A stretch of 64,000 bases of DNA from the human T2T-CHM13v2.0 reference genome, Homo sapiens. The notes beneath the pieces were generated by a model. It had not been told where the DNA came from. It did not search any database and saw only the letters and a list, made by a program, of their open reading frames with translations. The position numbers and the translations under genes were made by a program. Shown piece after piece: positions 18,117 through 44,580 of this stretch (its first letter is position 1; each line of letters starts with the position of its first letter). The stretch lies in NCBI RefSeq assembly GCF_009914755.1, contig NC_060939.1. The stretch is one strand, 5' to 3'.

Positions 18117-19489
18117 CAAAGACAGGAAGTTAGCCAGAAGACCCATGTGTCCATTTTAGGCAGTATGGACTGATCCACAGCCAGGCTCGTGCCACTTCCC
18201 AGCTGAGCGGTGTGCACCACCTCTGCCTCGCCCTATTCCGCCCTGCCCGGGTTTCCAGGAAGGCTGGAGCTGAACCCTCGGCTCCCGCGCTGCTCTGGTG
18301 CTACCTGCAGGTTGTGTGGGGGAACTGCTTCTCCCCACCCCGAACCTGGACAGCCTTGGACTTGGCAAAAAGACTGTCAGGTGCTGTTCCCCACATCTCT
18401 TGTCTTTCCGCTAACACTTTAGGATAGTGAGGAAGCAAAAGAGCTTGAGCTTACTAAGCTCCTACTGCGTACTGGGCACAGAGTGGGCACTTTTCTCTCC
18501 AGCCTCGCAATTGATGGGAAATAGGTGATTGTACAACTAGGATACAGGATCAGAGTGGGCTAGCGACGTGCTCACAGTCTCTCAGCTGAAACTGGAACCC
18601 AGGGGTCTTTGACTCTAAAGCTAGTGCTCTTTTTGGGTCTCCAGCTTGAGCAATAGTTGCAAAATGCAAAGAGCACCATGAAAATCTAATATTGATCCAC
18701 ATAAGACCGTATTGCAAACAGAAACATGCAGTGTCTTCGTGGGAGTGATGGCGAGGTGGGGAGATTATCTCAGTTCTATGTAACCTGGGAACTCTCCAAG
18801 GAAAATGAATGAAGCATGACCGAGTGCAATTTGTCTGATAAAATCTGTCAGAACGTGGGGCCTTGTGGGTCCTGAGTGAAGGCAAGAACCCATGGTGCTG
18901 GACATTTGCTAAGGTGTTCTTTATGAAATCACTCAGGGCCTCAGTGCCTCCACCTTCTCCATGACCCCAGGCAGTTTCCCCGTCTGTCTTCATCCTACTG
19001 CCTGGCACACTATCCATCAAACTGCTTTTGGGGTTATGTCTCAATAAAACAAAAATCATGGTGGGAGTCATTTACACCCTAGTGAGAGTCATCTAAGATT
19101 CCCTTATCTTCTCAGACCTTTTAGCTGAAGTTGGTTATGAGAGAGGATGGGGAGGGGGAAAAGGGTCGGGGCAAGCACTTGGAGCTTGCACTGTTTCTTG
19201 CCAACGCCCTGGCACAGTGTGAATATGTCCATCTAAATGGAGAGCTCTATGCATGTTCCTCTCTATTCCCTTTGTCACCAATACCAATTCCCAAGGCAGA
19301 GCCCCGGGTGGGCTGGCCTGAAGGACCTGGAGGTAATAGGAAACACTTGGCTTTGGGTTTCAGGTCAAGCTCTGCCAGTGACTTGCTGTGTAACATCAGA
19401 CAAGTCAGTTCACCTCTCTGCACTTCAGCGACCTCATCTGTAAAAGGCTGGTTTGGACTAGATCATTAATTTTCTTAAGTTTTGCAGTT

Positions 19490-20720
<1,231 letters not shown>

Positions 20721-22427
20721 AATTCTGATCAAACTACTAGTTACACAGAAGTAACAACAAAATGATATCTGTTGCAAGAAATCCTCAGTAAAACAAGAAA
20801 AGAAGAAAAAAAGAACAAAATGGTAGTGAAAGGCTTATATCAAAAAGCATTTCCTCTGCCCTTTCCTTTCTTGCCTTTGAGTCCTAATTCCTATAGGTCA
20901 TCACTTTAAACTCATTTTGCGACTTCCCCTGGTATGTTATCGTCATATTTCTAAAGAATGTTTATGTTGCTATTTCTTGATTTGTTTTCTTCAGTATCTG
21001 TCAGTTCCTGGCATAGCTCAGTATAGGGCTTACCTTCCTATGAGGTCTTAATTTCCTTGCCTCCATTTCACTAATTTGACTGGATCACAATCGCATGAAA
21101 TCAAAAGCATTTACATTCTTGTAGCCATCTAAATATTGACCCTAACCCAAGTCCCGCACTGAAATTGTTTCATCTCTTTCCTTTCTTCCCCTGGAGTTAA
21201 TAATTGCTTCAGATTATTATCCCTCATTTGCTTTTTTTTTAACCAATTACCTACCTATTTTTTCAGATGCTCCAACCAATCTATCAAATGCCTAGTGATA
21301 ATTATCCAAAAACTAAGATACACTGGATACTCTATCAGCCCCATTATTTTCCTGGAGGCTTCCCTCTCTCCCTTGCCCTCCATCCTTCTGCTCCAAACTG
21401 GACTCGACTCTCAGCCCATGGCACGGCTGGCATTCTGACATGTCTCTGCACCATCGTGTGAATTTTCTTGCTGCCTCTTCTGTGTGCACCTCCTGTTCCC
21501 TGATTTACTCTCTCATTGTGTTGCAGTACATCTTCCAGTGTCTTCCCGAGAAAGAGTGAATGGAAGCCAAACTTTCTGACCCTCACACATTTTAGAATGT
21601 CATTGTTCTACCCCAACTCCTGATTACTAGTTTGGCTGGATGTAATGCTCTAATTTAAGTGTAACTTCTCCTCACATTGGGAAACATTGCTCTATTATTT
21701 TCTAGTTCCCAGTGTTGTTGGGAAGAAGTCCGTGTCATGCAGAGTCTCGGCTCTTAACTTATGACCTGTCTTTTCTCTCTGGAAGATTTTAGGATTTTCT
21801 CTCTATCCTTAGTTTTCTGGAATTTCCTAATGATGTGCCTTGCTGTAGGTCTTTCTTCATTCACCGTGCTAGTCACCTGATAGACTCTTTTGAACTAGAA
21901 AATTATGTCCTTCTATTGCGGGAAGCCACCAGCAGGTTCATGTGAGCTGGGTAATCACATTCTTTTCTTCCAAGGACGGAGGTATCAAGGCCCTGGGAAC
22001 CTTATAAGTGGATGGGGAGAAAGGGGGCCTGAGGTGAATCCAACAAAGCTGCAGCACCCACTGAGCTCATGTCCCAGGGCTAGGCTCTGCCTGAGGACAG
22101 GAGACATGGGTGAGACCCACTTCCTGCCCAGTCGCATGGTGGGGCTCAGGACACACATGGTCCAGGAGGCCCCCAGCCCCAGCTACATTGACATGCACCT
22201 ACCTGTATGCAGCGATCAGTGAGCCACAGGACAACTTAGGGGAAGGGGCAGCTCCAGAGTGCAGGATAGGAGGGAAGTAAATAATCATGGGGTGGGGAGT
22301 GGCCTTGTGGGGAAGGGGCAAAGGCAGGGCCGTGTGTGTGTGGTGTATTGGGGGAAATGGGGAGAACATTTTGTCTGCCCCCTTTTCTGACCACTGCACC
22401 CCTTTTATCATGAATAGTTTTTCTTCC

Positions 22428-22826
22428 CATCATGGACTGAGTGTCTCTGTCTCCTCCAAATTCATATGTTGAAGCCCTAACCCTCTGCATGGCTGTATTT
22501 GGAGATGAGGCCTCTCAGGAAGTCATAAAGGTTAAATGAGGTCCTAAGGGTGGGGGCCCTGATTCAGTAGGATTAGTGTCCTTATAAGACGAGACACCAG
22601 AGAGTGCACTCACTCTCTCTCTGCACAAATACAAAGAAGAGGTCATGTGAGCACACAATATGGCAGCCACCTATGGGCCAAGAGAAGAGGCCTCAGAATG
22701 AAACCTACCTTGCTGGCACTTTGGTCTTGGATTTCCCAGCCTCCAGAACTGTGAGAAATAAATGTCTGTGGTTTAAGCCACCCAGTCTGTGGTATTTTGG
22801 CATGGCACCCTGAACTGACTAATACA
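22428..22826. mobile_element. MaLR solo LTR (MLT1A/MST-type)
   Basis: CCAAATTCATATGTTGAAGCCCTAACC...CCAGCCTCCAGAACTGTGAGAAATAAAT...GACTAATACA. Confidence 0.8.
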
Positions 22827-24450
22827 TCTCCCCACCCTACTTCAACCACATGACACTAGAGGGCTTGGCAGTTTTGGAGTCCCAGCTACTCAGCCAACCC
22901 AGACCAGACCAAGCAGAAACTTTCTTCTGGAATTTTCTGATTAGGAACTAATGGAGGGGAGCCCCATCCTTTCTTGGAGGCAAAGCCAGGAAGACGGAAG
23001 CCCCATGGTGCCAACAGCCTGACTCCAACCTTGTGGGGAAAGTTGCTCTGAGAACACAAAACTGATCTGCAGACTGAGGTGGAGACAGAGACAAGGAAAG
23101 GAGCCTGCAAATCCTAACAGCACTGGTGATTCTGAGTCCAGGTATTCCTGAGGCCCAACTGTTCCCTGCCCTGCCCGTGGCTAACTTACTGACCAAGGAG
23201 CTTCCCTTCTTGCCTAAGCCAACTCGAGTGAATTTTCTGTCACGCACATCCAAAGAGCCCTGGCTGCAATGGCAGGGCATGGCAGGGCTGGGCTGGCTGG
23301 AGCAGAGGACGGTGTGGGTGGAATCAGCAGTGACAGGCACACAGGAAGTGCAGGTATCGAGTGGCCTCCATGAGGTCTTCCTCCAGCCCCGACTGTGAGC
23401 AAGGCTGGGCTCATACGCTCAGTAGGTCAGAGTGAGGGATTTGGTCAGAGGTGCCATGCTCAGGGCCATCTTTCTATGAGCCAGACTCTATGTCATCAAA
23501 AGCTTTGCCATCAGAGATAGTTTTAGTCACATCTTGGGTTCACTTGATCAATTGCTGTTCTCCTGCTTTCAGGATCTCTACACTAGGCTGCCCCATGTGG
23601 GTGTTAGGAAGCCATAGGCATCCTGACTAAAAACCCAGACCACAAAAAGTGCTTCTACCAGCCTGCCCAGGGCTCCAGAGGGCAGGACCGATGGGTGGTG
23701 GGGTGGGCCACGCCTGGGCAGTCGTGACATGTACACCACTCTTGATCTGTCTTCTGGAACTTTTCACTCCTCCAGTTTGGGTCCCGGTGGGGCACACGTG
23801 GGAAAGACCATGAATACCCATGTCTCTGACTAGTTTCCCCATCAGAAGTGGACGTTGCACCAAGCACCCTCCTCCATTAAAACTGGACAGACTAAGGACC
23901 ACTTTCCCAATGGATGGGTCTTCTTGGTCCATCTCATGCTCCCAACAGAGCTCCCTCCCTGGGATGGGAATGCGCCATGCCAGGAGAGCCCTCTTGACCC
24001 AGCCTCCAGCCAAAGCCAGTCCCCCTGCCAAGCAGGCCCTAGAGTTACACTGGAGGGGAACAGGCCTCACCTGGAAATTTCTTGCTGAAAATTGTCAGTT
24101 TCCCACACAAGTACAGCCTGGCAGTTTAATTCAAATTAAAACCAGAAGGAGACTGCTGCTTCAGTCTCGACTGCTTGAAAATTACGTTGTGTAGAGCTTT
24201 CATTTGCTGGAAATTGTGCAGCCAGACATTGTGCAGATTGACCCAGTAGCTACAGCAGTACACACATAGGGCGCCAAGCAAGGACAAGTGTGCACATGTG
24301 TGCACGCACACACACACAGCAGAAAATCTAGAAATAAACTATTTTAATGTCAGCTGTCATGGAAGTTTTGTGTCATTTCCCCAAAAAATACAAATTTTAT
24401 TTTATGATTTAGTCTTGTTTTTATTTAGAATTACTTAAGGAAAAGGAAAC

Positions 24451-24932
24451 GTGAGTGCAGTGGCTCATACCTGTAATCTCAGCACTTTGGGAGGCTGAGG
24501 CAGGAGGATCACTTGAGCCCGGGAGTTCAAGACCAGCCTGGGCAACATGGTGAAACCCGATCGCTATAAAAAATATGAAAATAAGCCAGATGTGGTAGCA
24601 TGTATCTGTGGTCCCAGCTACCCAGGAGACTGAGGTGGGAGGATCCCTTGGGCCCAGGAGGCAGAGGTTGCAGTGAGCCGAGATCACATCACTGCAGTCT
24701 AGCCTGGGTGACAGAGTGAGATCCCATCTCAAAAAGAAAGAAAGAGAAAGAAAGAGAGAAAAAGACAGAGAAAGAGAAGAGAAAAGAAAAAGAAGAGGAA
24801 ATAAGAGAAGAGAAAAGAAAGAGAAAAGAAAAGAAAAAGAAGAGAAGAGAAAAGAAATAAGAGAAAAGAAACAAGAGAAGAGAAAAGAGGAGAGAAAAGA
24901 GGGGAGGGAGGGGAGAGAAGAGGAGGGGAGAG
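24451..24932 (+). mobile_element. AluJ with expanded polypurine (GAAA/GAGAA/GAGG) tail
   Basis: Alu 24451-24730; tail 24731-24932 almost entirely A/G. Confidence 0.9.
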
Positions 24933-24944
24933 GAGCAATAGGAT

Positions 24945-26800
<1,856 letters not shown>

Positions 26801-26849
26801 TTCCAGGTGGAAACACAGAGATTTATCACCTCCCTCAACTGTGACCGCT

Positions 26850-30200
<3,351 letters not shown>

Positions 30201-30210
30201 AACAGACCCA

Positions 30211-31015
<805 letters not shown>

Positions 31016-31422
31016 GAGAGAAAGCAGACCCATAAATGGCTCACACATTGGAATTAGCAGGCAAGAGCTTTAAAGTAACTACATACATACATTAAAGAAT
31101 TTAGAGAAATATCAACACCTGTGAAGATGGTGAAAAAAAAATTTAGAGAAATAAGTTTTAGTATAAGTATGTCCTAAATATGCATGGTACATACTTACTA
31201 AAAAATAGTTTATTTTTTATCAGAAATCTAAATTCAACTGGGTGTTCTATATCTTATCTGGCATCTCTACCCCAAAGCCAAGCAGGAGAGAATCCACAGT
31301 CTTATCTTCCAGCAGGTGACCTAGCCTAGGACAGGGCCTGGCCAGGGGCAATTGTGAATTGGATGGATTAGAGATGCCAGTCATTCAGTGTGTCAAAGGT
31401 TTGCCAGACCTGCATACAATCA

Positions 31423-32767
<1,345 letters not shown>

Positions 32768-32782
32768 ACATTATTTTTATTT

Positions 32783-32785
<3 letters not shown>

Positions 32786-32823
<38 letters not shown>

Positions 32824-33101
32824 AGACGAGTCTTGCTCTGTCGCCCAGGCTGGAGTGCAGGGGCGCAATCTCGGCTCACTGCAAGCTCCGCCTCCCGGTT
32901 CACACCATTCTCCTGCCTCAGCCTCCCGAGTAGCTGGGACTACAGGCGCCCACCACCACGCCCGGCTAATTTTTGTACTTTTAGTAGAGATGGGGTTTCA
33001 CAGTGTTAGCCAGGATGGTCTCGATCTCCTGACCACGTGATCCGCCCACCTTAGGCCTTCCAAAGTGCTGGGATTACAGGCGTGAGCCACCGTGCCCGGC
33101 C
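32786..33101 (-). mobile_element. AluY with long pure poly(A) tail
   Basis: AluY diagnostics; TSD TTTTATTTAAT at 32775-32785 and 33102-33112. Confidence 0.92.
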
Positions 33102-33353
33102 TTTTATTTAATATTTTTGTCTAAAGCAACTTTAAAAATTTAAACCTGTTATTTGGAAACATAGATTCAGAGGAAATTTCAAAGATGGTACAGAGAGGTT
33201 TCATGTACTCTTCACTCAGTTTCCTCCAAAGGTTCTATTTTGTATAAATGTAGAACAATATCTAACGATGTCATGTGTCTAGGTCTATACCATTTTATCA
33301 CATATGTAGACTCCTTTAACCACCGCTACAATCAAGATACAGAACTGTTCCAC

Positions 33354-34322
33354 TGAAGGGGTGGCCTGCCCCTTCACACCTGTGGGTATATCTCGTCAGA
33401 TGGGATGAGAGACTGAGAAAAGAAATAAGACACAGAGACAAAGTATAGGGAAAGAACAGTGGGCCCAGGAGACCCGCGCTCAGCATACCGAGGACCTGCA
33501 CCGGCACCGGTCTCTGAGTTCCCTCAGTATTTATTGATTACTATTTTTTCACTATCTCAGCAAGAGGAATGCAGTAGGGGAGCAGGGTGACAGTGGGGAG
33601 AAGGTCAGCAAGAAAACATGTGAGCAAAGGAATCTGTGTCACAAATAAGTTCAAGGAAAGACACTATGCCTGGATGTGCACGTTGGCCAGATTTATGCGT
33701 CTCTCCACCCAAACATCTCAGTGGAGTAAAGAATAACAAAGCAGCATTGCTACCAACATGTCTCGCCTCCCATCACAGGGCGGTTTTTCTCCTATCTCAG
33801 AATTGAACAAATCTACAATTGGGTTTTATACCAAAACATTCCATTCCCAGGGGCAGCAGGAGACAGAGGCCTTCCTCTTTTATTAATCCTCCTCAGCGCC
33901 GATCCTTCACGGGTGTCAGGCTGGGGGACAGTCAGCTCTTTCCCATCCCACAAGGCCATATTTCAGGCTATCACATGGGGAGAAACCTTGGACGATACCC
34001 GGCTTTCCGGGGCAGAGGTCCCTGAGGCTTTCCGCAGTGCATTGTGCCCCTGGTTTATCAAGACTAGAGAATGGCGATGACTTTTACCAAGCATACTGCT
34101 TATAAACATTTTGTTAACAAGGCACACCCTGCACAGCCCTAGATCCCTTAAACCTTGATTCCATACAACATATGTTTTTGTGAGCTCAAGGTTGGGGCAA
34201 AGTTACAGATTAACAGTATCTCAGGGCAAAGCAATTGTTCAGGGTACAGGTCAAAATGGAGTTTCTTATATCTTCCTTTTCTACATAGACACAATAACAG
34301 TCTGATCTCTCTTTTCTCTACA
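33354..34322 (-). mobile_element. HERV-K (HML-2) solo LTR, LTR5A/LTR5B type
   Basis: 969 bp; minus strand starts TGTAGAGAAAAGAGAGATCAGACTGTT and ends CCCCTTCA; TATAAAA at 33830-33824; 6-bp TSD TTCCAC/TTCCAT; inserted into an old L1. Confidence 0.92.
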
Positions 34323-34459
34323 TTCCATCACCATGAAAATCCCCCTCCTGCTATTCCTCTGCACTCATTCCTGGCTCTTCCCCTCCACTATTCCTACTCC
34401 TGGCAACCACTAATCTGCTTTCTGTCTTTATAATCTTGTCACTTCAAGAATATTACAAA

Positions 34460-36255
<1,796 letters not shown>

Positions 36256-36279
36256 AAATTAATTAAAGGAAATTTGTGA

Positions 36280-36445
36280 TTAGTGATTCTCAGAGTGTGG
36301 ACCCTGGGCCAGCAACATCAGCATCACCATCACCTGAGAACTTGTTAGAAATGCAGATTCTCAGGCGCCGTCCCAGACCTCCTGAATCAGAACCTCTGAG
36401 GCGTGGGTTCAGCGACCTGTGGTTTAACACGCCCTCCCGGTGAGA
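36280..36445. mobile_element. MER5A-like hAT-Charlie fragment
   Basis: CAGCATCACC...GAACTTGTTAGAAATGCAGATTCTCAGGC...CCCAGACCT.CTGAATCAGAA. Confidence 0.75.
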
Positions 36446-38280
36446 ATCGGTCTCATTCACTACAGATAGAAGGAAATGGTAAAAATCAATTCATCCGCAT
36501 ATCGCCTAAAATCCTCTTGTGGGCCCCAGGTTGGCACAGCACACTTTTGGGCAGGAGCCCCACTCACAGAGGCCGTGACAAGAATGCTCCTGCCCCTGGG
36601 GTTGTGCAGTGACAGCTCACACAGCTCCACGTGGCGGTTCTGAGTTTGGGAAGCGCTGATGTAGTCCTACTGCAGCCCTTCCTGCCCTTCACCGGACTGA
36701 GGAAATCCAGGCTCTGAGGAGGGCGAGACTTGCCCAAGGTCACCCAGCAACATGGTCAGTCTCCTTTCCCAGGGCCCTCACAATGCGTGGCCTGTTTAAA
36801 GCCTGCCTCTATTCACTGCTGAGTGAAAAATCCAGCTCCAAAACAGAATATGGGGAAGGATACTATCTTGTGCAGCTTATGTTTATAGCTGCAGATACAT
36901 GGGAAAAAAAGTCTGAAAATACTGTTGAAGCAGTTATTTAGGGAGAGAAGTGGTTTGCTGGTTTTTTGTGTTTTTAGCTTTTCTGTATTTCTTAATTTTT
37001 ATCACAATAATCATGTTTAGTTACATAATCAAAATGTATTAAATATAATATTAAAAATCAACATGAAGCCTGATCCAGCCACGGCCTATTGTTGGCAGAT
37101 TCAGGAAGCCTTCCAGATAGAGCAGCCCCGTACCTGCCCCAGGTCACACCCTGGGCCTGGGCACATGCTAGGTCCTCTGTCTGGATACCCTCACCCCATG
37201 GTGGCCTCCACATCTGTACCCACCAGCACCTCCTGTGGGCAAGGCCCTTGCCTGCATCCAGCCCTGGGCACCCCCTAGACCAGAGGGCACCTCATGGTCT
37301 GAGAGTCTGCCTGTCTCTAAAGAGAGGAAAGCTCCTTGGGACACGTGTTCCACTTGACTATCACCCCTGGCCTGGTACAGAAAGGTGGACGGTGGGTATT
37401 TGGTGAATAAATGAATGATTGGAATGAATCCCCAGAATGGTGATTTCCAGAGGCCCTTCTCCAGCTGGCCCAGGTGGAACCATTTCCACTTTTCACAGGA
37501 AAGCCAGGTGTGAGGAGTGGGGCAGGTGTGTGTGAGGGGCCAGGTTTTCGAAGGCTGCATGGACATGGTGCTTTGGGGGGTCTGGGGGCGGCAGTGCTGC
37601 TGTGGGAGCCTCAGGGAGGGCTCATCCCTGGAATCCCCCAGGGTATCCTAGTGCCCCCAGCTGCTGTGCGGTGTGAGAATTCCTGGCTGGTGGGGACACA
37701 CAGGGATTTGTTTGGATTGGCCACCTGGTCCAGCCCAAGGAGCTGCACCTCCAGCCCCTTGGGGAAAAACTCACTTTTGATGTGTGACAACAGCTGCAGG
37801 CAAGGGGAGGAAGAGGTGTGCTGGGCCTCAGCCTTAGAAGCCAGAAGCCAGTTCATGCCCCTACCTTGGTCTAGGTGGGAAAGGGATGCGGCCTCAGCTA
37901 GCTCTAGGGTCCTGGGTTATGGTCAGAACCCTCCCTTATGGACTCAGTGACTTGGGCTGACCCAGCCCCTCCCTGAGCCTCATCAGTGAAACCAGGGCTG
38001 GGCCAGGGCCCTCAACACCTCCCAGCTCCAACCTCTGGCTTTGTCCCAGGAGGGCAGGAGATGAGACAGAGGTGACCCGGGCTCTCCTGTTTACCTCAAC
38101 CTCCTTGTGAAGCCTCCCTCTTTCTGCCTGTGAGGTGGGTGGGGCCGGAAGGAGGGACCACCTGTGGGCCTCTGACATCTCTGCCCAGGTGTGCCTGCAG
38201 AGCCTGGTCTATACCCGGTGCTCTGCTACACCCTACAGCCTGGCCATGACCTCCCTGCCTCCAGAGCAGCTCTGGCCCAG

Positions 38281-38428
38281 GGAAGAAGCTGGTCTCTGCA
38301 TCGAATGATAGGTAGAAAATGGAAGTGGGGATGATAGCTCTGAAAAGGAGTCAAGGAAGAAGCTGGTCTCTGCATTGAATGATAGGTAGAAAATGGAAGT
38401 GGGGACGATAGCTCTGAAAAGGAGTCAA
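38281..38428. repeat. 74-bp direct tandem duplication
   Basis: 38281-38354 and 38355-38428 differ at only two positions. Confidence 0.95.
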
Positions 38429-39930
38429 GGAGGAGGTGCCTTCCCAAGGACGTGGAGGATTTTTCCAGAATGGAACTTGACTGGTGCGGGCAAACATCAG
38501 GAGGTAGGAAGGGTGGCTCCCTCTGTGGGAGCCGGGGCCACTTGCCTGGGCCAAATGGTGCTAGGCTGTGGGTAGGGGTGGGCAGAGCTGGGGTTCCCAG
38601 AGCCTGGGGTCCCTGTCCTTGCAGAGGACTCGAATGCAAAACAAGTGTCCCCTGCCTTCTGGCTGGGGGACATCCTCTGCTTCCAAGCCCAGACATACAC
38701 CAGCTGCTACAAGCCCCTGGGGCTCTTCAGAGGACCAATGGGCAGCCATACCCACGCTGGGCCAGCCTGCTGGACCCACCTGCACCCTGGTCAGAGCCCA
38801 TGACTGAGGGGACTCTCTGGGGACAATGGGGGCAGTCTCATGCTGCCCTCTTACAGGTGGATCCATCCCTGGGATCTGGTGTTGGGCTGGGGTGGGCTGA
38901 GGCTGTTCTCTGCTGGGGTGCCTGGTGGACAGCAGGTGGAGCAAGTTCTCCTTGACTTTCCTGGACCCCAGGACACAGCTGAACACTGCACTTTACCCTG
39001 GATGCCTTCGGATTCTCAGGGGATCCTGGGAAGGAAGAGGGGGCTGCCCCTGCAGGGGGCCAGGGCTCTGGGCCATGCTTGCTCCCCCCAGTAGGCACCT
39101 TCTCTCCAGATCAACATCACCTGATTCCTGAAGGCCTGGGCTACTGACCAGAGCCCCAACTCCTTCACCAAGGCCTGTCTTACATCAGACCAGCTAGTAT
39201 GAGTTTGGAGCCGAAGGGGGCAGAGAGAGAACGCAGGGCTCTGTAAGCGTTCTCGGCTCCCTGCTGCGGTAGGCCCAGTAGAAGGCCCCCTAGAAATCTG
39301 CAGCTGCTGTAAGTCACTGGGAGGAAGCTGCAGCAGACGTGTGTTTCCCAGCCTGGTAGATGCAGAGGGGTGTCCGGGCCCCCAGGTGGGAGGCCCAAAT
39401 GAGGCCTTGGTTGTGGCAGTGCAGGAATTCTAGCCAGCTCTGGGGCCCTGGGCAAGTCATTTAACCTCTCAGAACCCTACTCCTGGTCACCATGGGGCTC
39501 TTGTGTGGATGTAAAGAACCCCCCTGGCCACTTATGTCCCATCAGTGGAAGCCTAGCATGGGTGGAGACCCCCGAGACTGAACTCAGTGGTGGGATCCAG
39601 CCTTCCCAGCTCTCCTAGATAGAGCCCAGAGCCAGCAGGGTGGGCTTCCTGGAGAAGCAGGTGCTCCTGTGGGCTGGAGAGCATGAGTAGGGGTCCCTTT
39701 GGAAAGGTGGAAGAGGCTGCGGTCAGTGGAGGCCATAATGAGGCAGAGCTTGGGCAGAAGGGGCATGATTGGGGGATCTGAGGCCCAACAGAGACTGGAC
39801 TGAGGACACTATGGCCACCTACAGGACACTGTGCTACTCAGGCAGTGGAAACTTAGCTAGGGCTGGGCCCCCTGGTCCTGAGTGAGGCTTCACCAGTCTT
39901 GGAAACTGTGCCCAAGGTGGCTTCATGTAA

Positions 39931-40116
<186 letters not shown>

Positions 40117-41543
40117 TAAATCTTAATAAATATCTCCTCCTGGTCTGCTTCCCTGGCTGACACACATGCTGGAATCTTGCGCCTAGACAGACATGTTTCT
40201 GGACTTGGTTCCATTTGTTCTGACGGCCTCCTCTCTCTCAATGACCGCACATTACAGTATGTGGCTATTCTTACACATTTCTGTATAGACTTGAGGGTTA
40301 GTATATTAACGTCAAAGTTCTACTGGTTTTTCAAGGCTGGATGGAATGTTTGGGTTAATTTAGTTGTGGGCATCTTGACAATATAGGCTTTCCCTCCGGG
40401 AACGGTGATTCTGGGACGCAGGTTTTGCACATTCTGGTTTATTGCTTGGCTCGCTGCCACAGAGGGATGGCACTGCTCCACACGCCATGCCCAAGAGATG
40501 TCCCACCTTATCTTTCTAAATCAAGCTGAATATTCTCAGTTGACAGGATATCATATCAGTGCTGCGGGGACTCACTTCCCCACAACCCGAGATGAAGTGA
40601 GGTGGAGACTATGGAGCAGATCCGTGCTGACTGCATTCACCCTTCCTGACCCGCACTGCTGCTGGCCGCGGCTGTGTCTGAGTCGACAGACAGCATTGAT
40701 TTGGGGACGGGGTGGGGGGGCGGTGCTGGAGAGATGCCCCTCACCTCCCTTAGCTCCTCCTGTCCAGCCAGTGCTTGGCCACCAAGGCCCCTGACTTCCA
40801 GGCCCCAGTCACCACTAACAGGGTGCTGCATGGGAACAAAGTGTAGGCCCAGAGCCTGGAGTTCAGGTCACTCCTCCTTCCAGTCGAAGCCTCTATCCCT
40901 CCCAGGTGAGTCCACCCTCATTCCTCCATGGGCCAAATATCCTAAACAAAGGCCTGGACATGGGGTCTTTATCCAAGTGCCCAGAAAACACACACAGAAA
41001 GGCTCTGCAGGCCCCCGTGGCCTGTCAGAGGTAAGAGCCTGCCCATCAAAATGCACAGTCCAGGTTCTTGCAGGGAGGTGAGGAGGGGAGGAAGAAAAGG
41101 TCTATCTCATTCTTTCAGCAGGAACCTAAACTTGGGAAAGCCAGACGCAGTACATTTCTTAATGATCCTGATACTTTTATAACTGGTTACAGCGGGGTCA
41201 CATGCACAACTGTTTTCCAACATCTTTCAACGGGACACATAACATCCTGCAGCTTATTTTTTTATTTTGTAAGGCCAGGGGCAGTGGCTCATGCCTGTAA
41301 TCTCAACACTTTTGGAGGCTGAGGCAGGAAGTCTGCTTGAGGCCAGGAGTTCAGGACCAGCCCAGGCAACATAGCAAGACCCAGGATACAACAGAGAAAG
41401 ACCCTGGCTCAAAAAATATCTTTTCCAAGTGCAGTGCCATGATCACAGCTCACCATAGCCTCCAACTCCTGGGCTCAAGCGATACTCCCACTTCAGCAGC
41501 TGGGACTATCAGAGCGCAGCACCATATCTGGCTGATGTTTTAA

Positions 41544-41714
<171 letters not shown>

Positions 41715-41794
41715 TAGACTGCCATTGGCAAATGCCAGTTGATTATCCACCCACATGTATGTTAATGGATTTCCCATGTTTTATTTGTCTAGAC

Positions 41795-42003
41795 CAGGCT
41801 TTCTCCACAGCAGCACTGTTGATGTTTAGGGCTGGACAGTTCTCTGTTCTGGAGCTGTTTGCGCCTCGCAGGATGTTTAGCAGCATCCCCAGCCTCCGCC
41901 TGCCACATGCCAGCAGCACTCCTCAGTGTGACAGCCAAAGTGATTTCAGATACTGTCAAATATCCCCAGGGCGGCAAAATCACCTCCAGTTGAGAACTGC
42001 TGA
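41795..42003. mobile_element. MER20-like DNA transposon
   Basis: GCAGGATGTTTAGCAGCATCCC...ATGCCAGCAGCAC...GGCAAAATCACC.CCAGTTGAGAAC. Confidence 0.75.
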
Positions 42004-42136
42004 CCTAAAACCCTCTGGAACAATGTTAGATCATGGTAATGATAGCGCATACTGCTCCTGACCTTAATGGGAATACCTCTAGCATCAAAGTATAGTAGTA
42101 CCTGTATACTACTGTCTGGGCTGTTATTAGTACACT

Positions 42137-42494
42137 GTATTAGTCCATTCTCACTCCGCTATGAAGAAATACCCAAGACTGAGTAGTTTATAAAGAAAAG
42201 ATGTTTAAGTTGACTCACAGTTCTGCATGGCTGGGGAGGCCTCAGGAAACTTACAATTATGGCAGAAGATACCTCTTCCCAGGGCAGCAGGAGAGAAGGA
42301 GAGCGAATCAAAGGAGAAAGCCTGTTATAAAACCATCAGATCTCGTGATAACTCATTCACCATCACGAGAACAGCATGGGAGAAACCGCCCCCATGATTC
42401 AATTATCTCCACCTGGTCCCACCCTTGACATGTGGGGATTATTGCAATTCAAGGTGAGATCTGGATGGGGACACACAGCCAAACCAGATTATAT
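42137..42494. mobile_element. THE1-type MaLR solo LTR
   Basis: TGTATTAGTCCATTCTCAC...GCATGGCTGGGGAGGCCTCAGGAAACTTACAAT...GGGGACACACAGCCAAACCA. Confidence 0.8.
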
Positions 42495-42529
42495 CCTTTA
42501 TATTAGCATACTGTATCGAAGTATAATTT

Positions 42530-44580
<2,051 letters not shown>

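Noticed and set aside
38281-38428. Direct repeat considered as a CRISPR-like array
   Set aside because: Only two adjacent copies with no spacers, in a eukaryotic context.
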